DNA of 64,000 nt from Balanoglossus misakiensis (Eukaryota; Animalia; Hemichordata): NCBI GenBank assembly GCA_040954595.2, contig CM082576.2:6885129-6949128 (forward strand), in the 5' to 3' direction. Positions 13,201 to 26,289 of the stretch are shown here, in pieces. The stretch's first letter is position 1; each line of letters begins with the position of its first letter. A program made the translations under genes and the position numbers. The notes under the pieces are model-generated. The model made no database searches. It had not been told where the DNA came from and worked only from the letters and a program-made list of their open reading frames with translations.

Positions 13201-16200
13201 TAGGCATGTCATTTACTTTAATACTCAAATACCAAACAGCATTCAAAAAGTTCTCACTCCCCAACAGCTGATACTAAGTCTCATAACATTCTCTGTGTTC
13301 TTCCTCATCATCAGGTTGTTCTAGATAAACTCTACGACTTTGTCACAACCCACGTGTTTGATACCAAGGTAGCCGGCAAAATGCTGGCAGACATCTGCCG
13401 AGTGTCAGCCAGAGTAAGTATATCATGTTCAAAGAATCAACCCAAGTTACTGATGTACCTCTGCAATTTCTGTCTTTCCTCTGTATCCGACCATGGAATC
13501 TTATTCACCCGCCTCTCTGTTTCCATCTCGCAGGTCAACCCAGAACCAGCATTAAAGAAATTCATTCCACACTGCTGCCAAGTTATCCTCTCTCATCTCT
13601 CATATGAAGACACAATGCAGGAGCACGAACTGGACGACGAATTGTTGTTTAAAATGCAGATACTGTCAGAGGTAAATGCTCTCAATTCTTGTTCAGACGT
13701 CACATCACAACTGCTGCAATGTAATTACGGTAGTATCCTGTCCTTTTGTGTACTGTGATGTGCCTCTTCCACAGAAAGTGTTTGTTGTCGTGATTCATAT
13801 GGTTGACAGTGTTTGAAATATACATGTAACTGTTGGTTAATCATAGACACATAAAATGTTTTTATTTTTTAAATCATCAATTTGACTCTTGACAGCGATT
13901 TTAAACTAGCAATTGACAGCATGTTGCCTAATCTGAGCTTTGCACCATTTCATCAGATTGTGAGGTGTCCCAGTGAGAATATTTTGCCGTACGGTGATCA
14001 GCTGATCCAAATTCTAGAAGCAACGATACACCTTACCAGCAAGCAGGGTTACGAGTTGTCGGGAATCATCCTCAAACACCTCCTGAGGGCAATGACCTCT
14101 ACCTACCCAAGGGAATACCGCAGTGTAGCGGAGGGCTTTGAGCGACCCTTGACAGAGTATCTGCCAATCAGGGTGAGTTTGATCGCTGTAGTGTGACATT
14201 GCTCAAAATGTTTCATTCAGGTTTATATGTGAATCTTTTGATCTGTACAAAGTGTATGTTTTTGTCCTGTTTTGGCATATCCCTCTACTCACTGTTGACA
14301 GTTATATTCCGGGATGTTGCCAGCCTTTCCCCCTGTTGACACATTCCCTCTTTTTCCATCCCTCTTCCAGGATTGGGTCAAACCAGGTGACATACACAAC
14401 CTGGGAATACAGTGGCATGAACCTACCAAGGAAAGCAAAGCCTTCGCCAAGAAACTGCTGGACATGTTCCTGCAGCCGGAATTGGACAAGCTGAAGAAGT
14501 TTACTATGGGAGAAGAGCTTTCAAGGTATCAGTTTTGCCCTGTAAAGGCTGTCTCAAGAGAAATGTTGGGAGAATTCATCATATGATTCTAGAGAGTGCT
14601 GAAAACATAAGTGTGTTGGTTGTTGGTCTTATGACATAAGTGCTAAAGTTCGTGTGCCCATACATAACTGCTTTCCTTGTTGTCCATTACAGAGATGATC
14701 TGAAGCAGAGTTTGAACATTGTTTTCATGTGTATCCATGGCGCTGGTGCCATCCTACCGTGGTGGGGAGGAAAGTCCATGAATGAACAGCTGTAAGTACC
14801 AGGATGATGTGGTTTGGATATTGTCATGATGATTTCAATGTTGTTGTTTTTTTAAAAACGGCAATTGGATATCCTCTCAGATATATCTTCTTTCGACCAT
14901 TAATTGAACCATATTTTCCCCTTCAGGTTTGATTCCAAAGTGAGTCTTGGTGGTATTACCAGCTCTGTGGGTAACCAGGGCAACGAGGACGGACTTGCCA
15001 ACAAGAGAGAAGAAATTGCAAGACTCTTACATGATTTAACCCAGTACATTCTGAAACACTGTGAGGACGATACCAAGTCCCTCTTCCTCGTTATCAAGGT
15101 ATTGATCGTTTAAAAAAATCATCTCCTTGAGGGAAACCCCCATTTTTTAGCCATAAATATGTAAATTAAATATTACTACACCAATATTTTTCTGTAAAAA
15201 TGAAAGGTAATATGGACTTACTGTTGGTCTTTCTTTGAGATTATGTTGTTGTTGTTTTTCTACAGCTGTACCATGCAATTCTAACCTACAAAGGAGCCGT
15301 CAAAGAAGAATTTGATGCAAGAGTAAAGAGTTTTAATATTGTGAAGAGAGCCATGGAAACTAAGGTTAGTCCGTAGAGAGGAGGGGGAGGGGAACTTAAC
15401 TATATGTCATATTTTGTTTGTGCTATTTCTGATAACTGTCCATTTGTCATCTGACAGAATTCTCACTCACATTCTTGTGCCTGTCTCTGTTAATATCCAT
15501 CTTGCAGCTCGGAGGCAAGAAGCAACACATGAGGGCGCTGTTGATAGACCGCGCGCTGCTGCAGCACGAGAGGAGGGTGCTGGAGAGGAACATTTTGTCG
15601 TACACCGAACTGGACAGCATTCTTCTCACTGACTTGGTTCAGCTGTCAACCAGTATGTACAGCGAGGTACGTCACACGTCAACAGCTCATTCTTCAAATG
15701 CTTCTTTATGTGCAATCAGCGCAACCTGATGTCTATGAACAGATCTCATTGGAACTTAATAGTATAGAAGGAAGGGCAGTGCATATATTTGTACTATGAT
15801 GTACATATAATATATGCACATGAATTTGTGTTGCGATATAATCCAATATGGCTGCCGTAATGGTACTCTAGTCTTGTTCTGGTCACCATGCATGAACAGA
15901 TCTCTGTTTTCTTGCACCTCTCCTTGTTGACAGGTGAGACGGAATGCACAGAGTGTCTTGTTTGTTGGACTCAAGCTGTACTCCTACTGTAAGAGAGATA
16001 TTCTGCCGAGTATCCTGTGCCATCTCAAGGATGAACCTCAGATATCGCATCAAGAATTCAAGGTAAGCTGTCACCTCTTGCAGGACCCCTAGACAACATA
16101 CATGTACATGTAACGTTATTAGCTCCACACACTCCTAGACCTCATGTCTAATATTTGTTTCACATATTAATATGTGATTCTTGTGAATTTCTTCTTGACA

Positions 16201-19200
16201 GGGGGCTTTGTTTGTGTTGCTCGGTATCAGAGACTGGACCCTGGCGACACTGCATGATTTCAAAATAATTTCCCAAATCTGGCCGGCCATCGTCCATGCC
16301 GGGCATTCGGAAAAACTGTCAATCATGAAAATCATGGAAGAGGTAGTCAACAAGATCCACAGGCAGTACGAGACCATCGCAATCCAAACTCAGGTATTAC
16401 GAAAAATATTGCCTACTTTCACATTGTTGTCAAGTTTTAGAGATATGTTGGTGCATGAAAGTATCAATAGTTTAAAATAGTCGCTGACAAATTCAATTGC
16501 TATTTCAGGTATCAGATGACAGTATTGCGTGCGCTGCTCAACTCTGGACAGTCAGTAACCCCAAGCCTTCCATGGCAGCACCATCTGCAGCTGAAATAGA
16601 AGATGGACTTTCGACACTGGAGAGGAAAAACAGTGAACAGATACAGTATGTCCATAAATTCTGTTGAGTCTGGATGGTTTTATGTGTATGTGTACAGAAC
16701 ATGCTTTGTGATGTTGTATATCTCACGTGTAAGCACCAGAATTTTATCGTCAGAAATATGAGGCAGGTTTCATTCACTTCCCAATAAGCGATTCGAAACT
16801 GTTCTGTTGATTGCAAATAAAGATTTTGGTCTCCTTTCTGTTCACAGTTGCTACCATCGGCTGATCAATAATTTGGTAGATGCTGTTAGGTCAGGAAATT
16901 TGTAAGTATGCATTGTCTTTTAGAAATGTCTTCATTTTAAAAAAAATTGGACAGCACAAGAACCAAATCAGATACTTTAACATTTTATTTGGTTGTCCAT
17001 CATGTTGTTCCCAACTCCCTGTTTTGTATTTGCTCTATCGGCAGGAGGTGGAAATTTTCCCAGATTGCATTGGGTCTACTGACGTTGATGATCCGTGCTG
17101 ATCTTCCGTTGCCGCCAAATGCAGTCGATCTGTTCATCAGTAGTCTGGTAGATGAATCCATCACAGTCAGAAAGGCAAGTTGTTGTTTGTTATTTTGCCA
17201 GTGTGCAGATTTTTCTTATGTTGTCTTTCTGAGCCATAGCCTGTGATGTGAATTGCATGGACCCCCAAAATTTATAAATCTCTGCTTGGAATGAATGTTA
17301 GAGTAAACAACTGAATGCCAGTTAAGTTATGTCTCCCTTGCTGTCACAGACTGCGATCAACGGAGTGGCGGCCATCTTGAGACAACACAAGAAGAAACAC
17401 AAGAAAGTAGAAGTAGACCCATATCAGCAGGTGGATGTACCGTCTGATTATCCCAGAGACAAAATCCAAATAGGTGATCGACTGGACAATTCATGGCATC
17501 ACTATGACAGCAATAATATACCAAGAACGCAAGAACAGTGGGATAAATGTGTCATGATCGACAAGACCCACTGGGGTTACTACACATGGCCAAAGTAAGT
17601 TTTTGCTATTAGATTTATAATTGACAAAGGCTGCTTCATGTCTTTGATAACAATGACACTGAGAATTCTCTCTGATCTCAGTCAGAAACAAAAAGAGGAA
17701 ACATGTAGGTTCATAAATTAAGTTCTGTATTGAAGAAATACCAATTGCTTTTCTTATCCATTGCAGACCAATGTTGATGTATGCACCGATAAGTGAACAA
17801 CCAAACCTAGATAGAATGCCAGAAGAATTATCAGAGGTAAATTTTCTTGGGAATTATATTACCAGTAATCATTCAAGATTTTAAGTTTTGGCTACTGAGA
17901 CATTTATACATGTAGTAATCTGTGACAAGTTTTCTTCTTTGTTAAAATATTTCATATGAAATGTAATACAGAAACACTGTCCATGATATTATATCTGCCT
18001 TCATATCTGTTTCTGTCTCTGACATCATATTGTATCTTCTGTCAGGGTGAAAGGATCGTGTATAACCACTTCAGCAATGCAGATTTTATAGACAAACTGA
18101 TCAAATTTCTGTCACTGGAAGAAAGGAAAGGCAAGGATAAGTTCAACACTAAGAGATTCATACTGTTCAAAGTAAGTAACTTTCTGCGCTCTCTGAGTTT
18201 TGTCACAATCTTATGTTTCTTATGTTTTGTGTGCACACATGTATCACTCTTTGATTTTTAAAGAAAATCACTGTTGTCATTTCAGGGTCTGTTTAGGAAT
18301 TTTGGCGATACTTTCTTGCCCCTGTTCAAGCCGCACATGGAGAGACTGGCCTCGGACACCCAAGAGAGCAGTCAGCGGTGCCTGGTGGAGCTCAATTCTG
18401 CGATCATTCGTGGATGCAAGCACTGGTCGTTCGAGAAGGTAGGCACTGGATTGCGCTTATTGTGTACACCCTTTTCATAAGTCAAGCGTCTCCATGCAGC
18501 CATCATGAATTTGACCTCAAAGCAAGGGCAGTTGGGAAATCCCCTTGATGTGATTGGTCAAGTTCCCCATTGGCCTCGCTTTGAGTTCAACTTCATGATG
18601 GCCGCATGAGGGCGCTAGACTTATGAAAAGGGTCTATCCTTGGCACATTTTTGTAAATTCTTTCCGATACCCAAGGATTCCTGCAATCACCAACAAGTTT
18701 CAATTTTCTCTCTCCATGCAGCTGGAGAGGCTGTGGGAGTTCCTGGTGCCGGTGTTGCGGACGGCGGTTAGCAACACCACCGTGGAGACCATCAACGATC
18801 TGGCTGCCAGCATGGCCATCTCCTGCGAGAGCCGGGACCCGAGGAAACTCCACTGGCTCTTCGAGGTGCTCATGGAGAAACAGCTCAGTGGAGAGGGAGG
18901 CTCCTTTGCTGATTCTAGGTAATCGATTGATTAATCAATATCGTCAAAAGCAAAAATGGTTAATCCTGTGTATGCATGTTTTACAGTTTAATTAAAGTTT
19001 TTCCATTATCTTGATGTTTCTCTTTTTTTCTCTCTCTCATGCTCAGCCGACTGTTTGTGCTGCAGGGCGGCCTTGCCCAGCAGGAGTGGAGGGTGGACGA
19101 TATATTGCACAGACTTCTCAAATGTATAGAACCTCACTTGGCGCACAGTTACAAGAATGTCAGAGACAGGCTTGGAAGGTGGGTGCATGCAACGTCTAAG

Positions 19201-22200
19201 TAACAGTGTGTTACTTTTGAGGTTTCAGGCGGCAGTCTTTTTGGACAAATTAAATGAGTGTTTTCTTGTGGCTATGTTGTTAGTCGGTGGAGGTTCTGTT
19301 TGCGTGTGAGGAAGCCATTTTTGTAACTACGTCAATAGAGGGCGCACTCCCACATTATGACTTTTTGTGTTCCGTCTTCATGCCACAATGTCAGTCAGTA
19401 CAAAATTTGGTGATGCAGTGATCACAGATATCATGGGAACTCAATTCTCTGCCACGTCTTCCTTTATCTCATGCATCATTGCTTTCATAGTTGTATAAAC
19501 AATTCATTTTCTGCTTCCTCCCACAGTACCCTTGTAAATATATTCCTGTATGACTTCCCTGTGAAGGGATGTGCACCGACAAAATCCCCACAGAGAAAAG
19601 AGTTCATCGAGAAACTACTCCCCCATCTCAGCGTCTTGCAAGACATTGACATTGTTCCCATCGATTCAGACAACGGTGAGAAACAGAATGCTGTCAAGCT
19701 GTGTAAAACGGGTGAGTTTTACTTATCTTTTAATATTGTGCACAATTTCAAATTACTGGTTTGGTTCGGTGTTTATAAAACAGACTATAGTGCATACATC
19801 ACAGGTGGGCACTGTCTGTAAAAATTCATGCACGTAGGAAGAGAAGCTGTAATGTAGTTTGGTATTCAGCTTTTGAAGTCCTATAATAACCTGTACCTAC
19901 ATGGATTCTGAGATGTGTACATACATGTACATGTATCTCGCTGTAATTTCAACCAGTGTGAGACACTTGAGGTATGAGTGCGCCCACTTTGAAGTGTGAT
20001 GTTACAAGTAGCTGATCAGTCTAGTACTAACCATCTGAGTGCCACTAAAGAATGAACATCTGTGTCTTCACCTCGTTGTTGTATGTGACAGAGAGATCAA
20101 GCTCATTAGATGTCTTTGTTTGATTTGCAGTTCTGAAATGGGTCACTGGAAGCCTGGCAAGAATGTTCTATGCAGTCCCTCCGGAATTGTTCCAACTTCT
20201 TCCCGTGGTGAGTATGGGAGCAGTTTCCTACCATTCCACAATGAGGAAGAAATCTCTCTGGCAGACATTATTGTTGGTGCTGTTTTGTTTGTGCATGGGT
20301 CGATTTTGTCTGTGAGGAATATTTTTTTTTCGTTCACAAAATAATTCTTTCATTCTGTAGTTTGCGCCGTTGGAAAGCTGCGAGACAGATGATGAACTTC
20401 AACGGGAAGCTCAAGTCACCCTGGCGTGCATGGCGCAGGCGTTGCTGCAGCCAGATGTTTTGCCAGTGGCATTGCAAACCATCAAACAGGTAATTCCCAT
20501 CATCCCTGTCTGTCATTACTGACAATACATGTATGTGTTTCTTGGCCTCACTCTGTGTACTTACGTCTGTGTACATCTCTCTGAAGATGATCCTGAGAGA
20601 AATTGAAAGAAATGTCATGTTTCAGGTTTGATTGACGTAACGCTATTTAAACGTTTCATTTCATATCGTTGAGGGCGCCAAGAGTCCCGCAGAGTGCCAT
20701 TTATTGCACTGTGCGTGTCCCGCACTTTGGCCCCTCACTCTTGTATTTTCGACACCCTTAAATACCTCATACCGAGGAACAATCATCAGTATGACTATCA
20801 TTTCCCCCCCCCCCCCCAAAATCCACCTCAACAGATTGCCTCTGGCCAATCCTGGCATGCCCGCTACAGCATTCTCACGTATCTCCAAGTCATGGTGTTC
20901 TACAACCTGTTCACCGTCACCACTGAGGAGTACAGAACTGAAATCCGGGATTTAGTGCTGGAGTTGCTGACGGATGACCGCTTTGAGGTGGGTGGTGGCA
21001 TTTGCAAGATGATCTCGAGGGCTGAGGCAGTACACGTATCTGCAAAATGGGATTTTCTATGCCTTACCAAGATACATGTGTAGTAATGTCCTTGCCATGA
21101 AATAAATGATTACCGTCATGATAAGTCCAAAAATCTTGGTGTGTATACAACCAGGTTGTCTTGCTCAGTCAAGTTCTTTTCATGAGACTTCAAAGAAAAT
21201 GTGATATTTAAGCCTTGCTGTTTACTCTGTCAAATACATGTAGGTACGTGAGATGGCTGGCACCACTCTGAGCGGCTTCCTGCACTGCGGAATCTTGGAG
21301 ATGAACGACAGTCTTCAGCAACGCTTTGAACAATTGTGCCACACTAAACTCTCCAAGAAAGGTGCAAGGGTGGTACAGCAAGATATCCAAGGTACAGACC
21401 AGGCACAAATCACAGGTTCATGTTGTGTTTTCTATTTTTTTTTTCAATTGTCCTACATGCCTTCACAATGGTACTTAGACTTTCCATAGGGAACTGTGTC
21501 ATCAACGATAACTTCGTAGCTTAAAACTTGGACGGCCAACCACCTGATGTTAGATGCACAAAACTTTGCCACAAATACGACACAGTCAAGCTGTTTTATT
21601 CCTTGCTCTTGAAAATATTAGCCAGAAGAACCCCCCAAGCACCAGGCACTCTGGTAATACGTGTTGTACAATATTCATATGATATCAGGTCGACGACACA
21701 CGGACTCATTTTTTATTGAGAATGCGATTCAATATGGTGTCATCACAAGCTGCCGTACAAAGTTCAGTACAAAATAATGATATAATAAAAAACGCCATTA
21801 TCGGAGCACTGATGTGAGAGCATGATGTTATAATCTCACAAAGTGAGGAGGGCTTATACGAAGTATTTGCTCTGGTGGATTAGTGTGCACCTGTTGTCTA
21901 TCAAGTAGAATCGCTGTGGGGGGTTTCCGAGAAGAGTTCTTCCTAGTGTTGGATAATTAGCATAGTAGATGCGAGCTTGTAATGTTGTGTCGGTAAAATT
22001 CGTGCGCATTGTCGTGAGCTGTACATCAAAGAATCCGCCGCCGTTATTTATGCTCGATTCATATCGAACGAGACAAAAAATAACATATGTATCGTGCGCT
22101 TCCATAATTTTTCCCGGAAGAGTGAAATTGATAATTTAATGATTTGACAGTGAGCCCCCACAGGCACGTAATGCAGTGATCATTTGTCAGTTAATTTAAC

Positions 22201-25200
22201 CGTGATATGAGCTACAATGAAACATGTTTTAGCGAGAGAAAAGGAAGCCATACAAAGACTACCCAGTACTCAATGTTATAGATATGTTCTCATGGGGAAA
22301 AATTGAAAAAAAAAAAAATACTGCAGTTTTGAGAAACACTGAATAATTCATGTTCTACCAAACCAGTGTGAGATTTTGTTTTAATAGAACACACGCCATG
22401 TAGACAAGTACCCACACTTTATGGTATAATCTTGATTACGTCAAAAAAAGTAGATTGATGAAATTACAATTTCAGTAGCAGAAAAAAAAATTCCAACGCA
22501 TTTTAACTCAACCAGAAAGTATAATTACCAGAAGATCATCCCAATCTAAACTATAATCCACGAATGAGGCAATCTGTGTTTTTCATTTTTGTTTCATCCA
22601 AAGAGATTCAGTCATCCACGCCATGTAATAATACAAAAGCCTGTTTCAAGGAGAAATTTCATCCCTCCATCAGCATCCAGATATTAAACACGAAGCGAGC
22701 GTGTCAATATGACTAAGGCTACTTACTTATGAAATACATTGTGCAGATTAGGTGTAACCTCCTTTCTTTGCTATCAGTCTATTAAAGTTGTAATATGATA
22801 TTATCTGGCTATCACATTAAAATGCATGAATTTGCTTGAAATACGTGAAGAATTGTATTTTCAATTCATTTGTGTCAATTATTTTTTTGGGTCAAATGAG
22901 AATGTTTCAGAAACCAACAGTTATTATTATGATCTCCTTGTATTGACACTAGTAGATGGAAAATCCATACTGTCCAATTTATTTATTTCAGCCGTGATCT
23001 CAATTTCAGACTTGTTATTGATAGCGAGCTGCTATAATGTTCAATATACAATGAGTACAAAAATCGTTATCTCCATTATATAACTGTTATCTGCATTGAT
23101 GCCTTGGGGTCACCACGATTCATGAAATATGATCCTATTCCTGTGTAACAAATTGCCGAGTTGTTGTCAGCAGCGTACACCATAAATTTCTGTCTTGTAC
23201 TGTGGATGTGCTGCTCTGTACGCGTTCAGAAAATTTTACTCTGGACAATTATGTGTTGGGATTAAATTTCTTCTTGCGCCCAGAGTGAGATTAAATATAG
23301 GTGGGTTTTTTTTCATGAAAACACACGTCCAGTGTTGGTTCACCCAGAAACTTGTGTTACTAACCGGGATAACACAGGTGGGTGGGGGTGTCCTGTATCC
23401 CAGAATTTTGAGTAGCCAATGTCACTTCCCCTTGCTTCCTTGTTACATGCACATGGGCCGTTCAGCCACATCAATGTTGCACCTGATCACATTATTTTTC
23501 TCTCTCCTCATCTTCACAGCACTCATCCAAAGACATGCCGGTGTGTTAGGCTTGAGTGCCTGCATTCAAGCCTATCCTTACGATGTCCCTCAGTGGATGC
23601 CACAAGTACTGATGGATCTGGGGAACCACTTGCATGATCCGCAGCCCATCGAGGTAGGTTGTGTTGCAGTAAGGGACCTGTTCAAACTGTCATAATCATT
23701 GTTTTTTGTGTGTGAAAGGAGAGTGATCCTTTTAGATAACGAAAATTATACTATTGCACCATTTGAGGCTTGATTTTGTGAATGATGCTAGCCATTGTCA
23801 AATATGGACATTTGTTCACTGGCTGTGGTGTACATGTAATGCGCACATGTATCCAATAAGGGTCTCTGCGTGTAACCAACTGTGTTTAGAGACTTGAGAA
23901 AATTAATAGCAGAAAGACTGAAAGTCCCTGGGGGAACTTTCTTCACCTTCTTAGAGTTTGTAGATTCATTGCTTTTTACTGTGACCGTTACTGTGGGAAG
24001 GGTTAACAGAACTATCACGAATAATTCGATTCAACGCTGTAGATGTTTTTTTTCAATTGTAACTCTGAGTGACCTTCAGGCCTTTACATTGGAAGCAAAG
24101 AGTATTAACTGAAGATTTTCTCTGAAACATCATTTTTTATTGAAGTGCAAAGGTGCTGTCTTCATTAACTTTGCTGACGTGATCTCATTCAACCCCTTTA
24201 TAGCATCTGTTAAAAAAACAATAATCTCTCCACATCTGTCGCTTCCCTGCAGGCAAGTACCTTGTCTCTGTTGCCACGGCGACCGCTTCTCGGCCTTTGA
24301 AACTTCATCGTCATGGCCCCTAGTGAGTCTTATTGAGGCAGCTAAGTCATCAAGGGGAGAAAAGGCGTCCACGTTTCCATGTTTGACTGCGAGAGCTGGA
24401 TACCATTCTTTCGAAATTCAAAAAGAGTGCACACAAGTGGCCATGTCTTCTCATGACAGATTTCACAAAATAGTTGTATAATTATGATTCCATAAAAAGG
24501 GGAAAAAAGCATTTCTACATTTGCACATCAGTGACGTCAGCAGCCACAGATTCATATAACCTGCTGCTGTTTGATTTGTGTGGGTTCCTGCATATTCTGT
24601 GTCATTTGAAGAAAATCAAGAAAACACAGTGAATTCTCAGAAGGACTCAGGTGTCTGCTGAGGGGGATTAAGATGTTAATAGCAGTTTACAAAATTGTCG
24701 GCAGGGTATTTTTCTGTGACAGTACCATAATAAGCAGTGTTATGAGGATTACCTGAAATCTGGTTTCAACTTGCAGCATTAATCTAGAATAGGGTATGTT
24801 GTCCGGTGACAGAGTTGAAGATCTTTGAGGACGCCTCATTGTAGCAATGTACGGTGGAGTGTCATAGTTTTCAAGAAACGGTCACCTTCTTTATGTTTGC
24901 ATGTGGACCTGGGCAAATAAATTAGAATCATGGTGAAGAGCAGGTGGGTTCATGTCACCAAGTCAAGAATAGGTTATTTGCAGAACCCTGGTGTGTAGCT
25001 GATAATCACGAAGAAAAAAAAAATTCACACTCTTCTATGTAAACATCAAGAATTGTCTACAGTCATATTTCTCTGTGTGTTTTTTTCATGCAGTTCAGGT
25101 TTTTCGCTCAGTAAATTAAAGAATTTCTGCACGTAGCACATTGAAGATGACAAGATAATAAACACAATGGATTCACTGTTTGTACATGGATGTAGTTTAA

Positions 25201-26289
25201 TAGAAGCAGATGTTTTGCAACCATGTCTGAACTTGCAGGGTTTAGTTTTTTTGTGTGTGAGTCATGCCTCGAAATTCAATGCCAGGTTCCGCATCATTGT
25301 TGTCATGGCAACCTACGTGCAGGCAAGCATGTGTTTTGTGTGAACTGAGCAAGATTATATGCTCCCAACAAAGACATTGTCAGTTCCTTATTTATCGGTG
25401 TTGTGTTTAATTTCGTCAAATCTTTACAGCCCTTTGTGAACTTCGAGAATCTTATCGTCTTGATATCTGGAAAAATGAGAAATGTATCTGCTTTGCATTC
25501 TTTTTTTAGGTTTCAAGCTCATAATACTATACCAGTCATACAAATTCATCATTTCACTCCCTGCGCACCCAAGTGTTGCCTTGACAACAGGCTAGTCGGC
25601 TGTTTTGTAAACTGTTATTTATGAGGGGGCAAAAGTGGGTCAGTCAATATGAATGCAATACTTGCCTTGATTTTACACTACGCACCCAACCTCACCCAAC
25701 CAGAGAACCCTTTCCCCCAAACGCTATTGAATATAATAGCCAGATGGCAACCAATTTTCAATTTGAGTTTTGCAACAAATGTCAATTTTAACGTGCCTGG
25801 TTGATAATTGATTGGAATATGAAACGCTAGGTGAACTCGCTGTGAATGGGGTTAAAAGATAACCTCATTTCTTAATCTTGTTCATGTACATGTATTCCTG
25901 TCAGACGTCATTACTCTGACATGTCTGAATTGAATTCAAACTGTGACACATGTAACGACAGACTCTCGCAGTGCACATGTGCTGTTTTGATATTGAATTT
26001 GCATTTGAGACGACGCCCACCCTCCACCTTTTCCTTAATAATCTTCGTCAGCCATCAGATGGCTATCTAACAGTTGCCATGGCAGCCTGCAGATTGGTTC
26101 ATTGAGATGTCTCAGTGCTTGATTTTTCTCCATTTTTTTTTTCGGTATCCGCAGATGACAGTGAAGAAGACCCTGTCTGACTTCAAGAGGACTCACCATG
26201 ACAACTGGCAGGAACACAAGCTGCAGTTCACGGATGATCAACTCGTGGTTTTGACAGACCTGCTCGTCTCGCCGTGTTACTACGCCTAG
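7225..26289 (+). CDS. PSME4: Proteasome activator complex subunit 4 (PA200/Blm10), ~1805-1813 aa, 40 coding exons
   Basis: Exons 7225-7418, 8838-8978, 9258-9374, 9568-9612, 9924-10073, 10362-10425, 10602-10676, 10992-11111, 11418-11507, 11680-11738, 11931-12137, 12339-12525, 12649-12803, 13049-13199, 13315-13413, 13534-13671, 13957-14172, 14371-14525, 14693-14791, 14927-15098, 15266-15364, 15508-15666, 15934-16062, 16202-16393, 16509-16645, 16848-16901, 17045-17174, 17350-17594, 17767-17836, 18046-18171, 18286-18438, 18722-18918, 19047-19178, 19527-19711, 20131-20207, 20361-20489, 20835-20987, 21244-21415 (or 21391), 23520-23653, 26155-26289; sum 5442 nt, in frame. N-terminus [18 protein letters not shown]; motifs ESYYHPSN and LPGIDPND; C-terminus [31 protein letters not shown] (HbYX-type YYA). 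Confidence 0.97.

Noticed and set aside
21490-22400. CpG-richer stretch in PSME4 intron 38, suspected transposon
   Set aside because: No convincing TIRs, target-site duplication or transposase ORF visible; needs a repeat-library search.
23788-24481. Cluster of 76-113 aa ORFs on both strands in the last PSME4 intron (possible nested gene)
   Set aside because: Non-ATG starts, no recognisable domain and no coherent splice structure.
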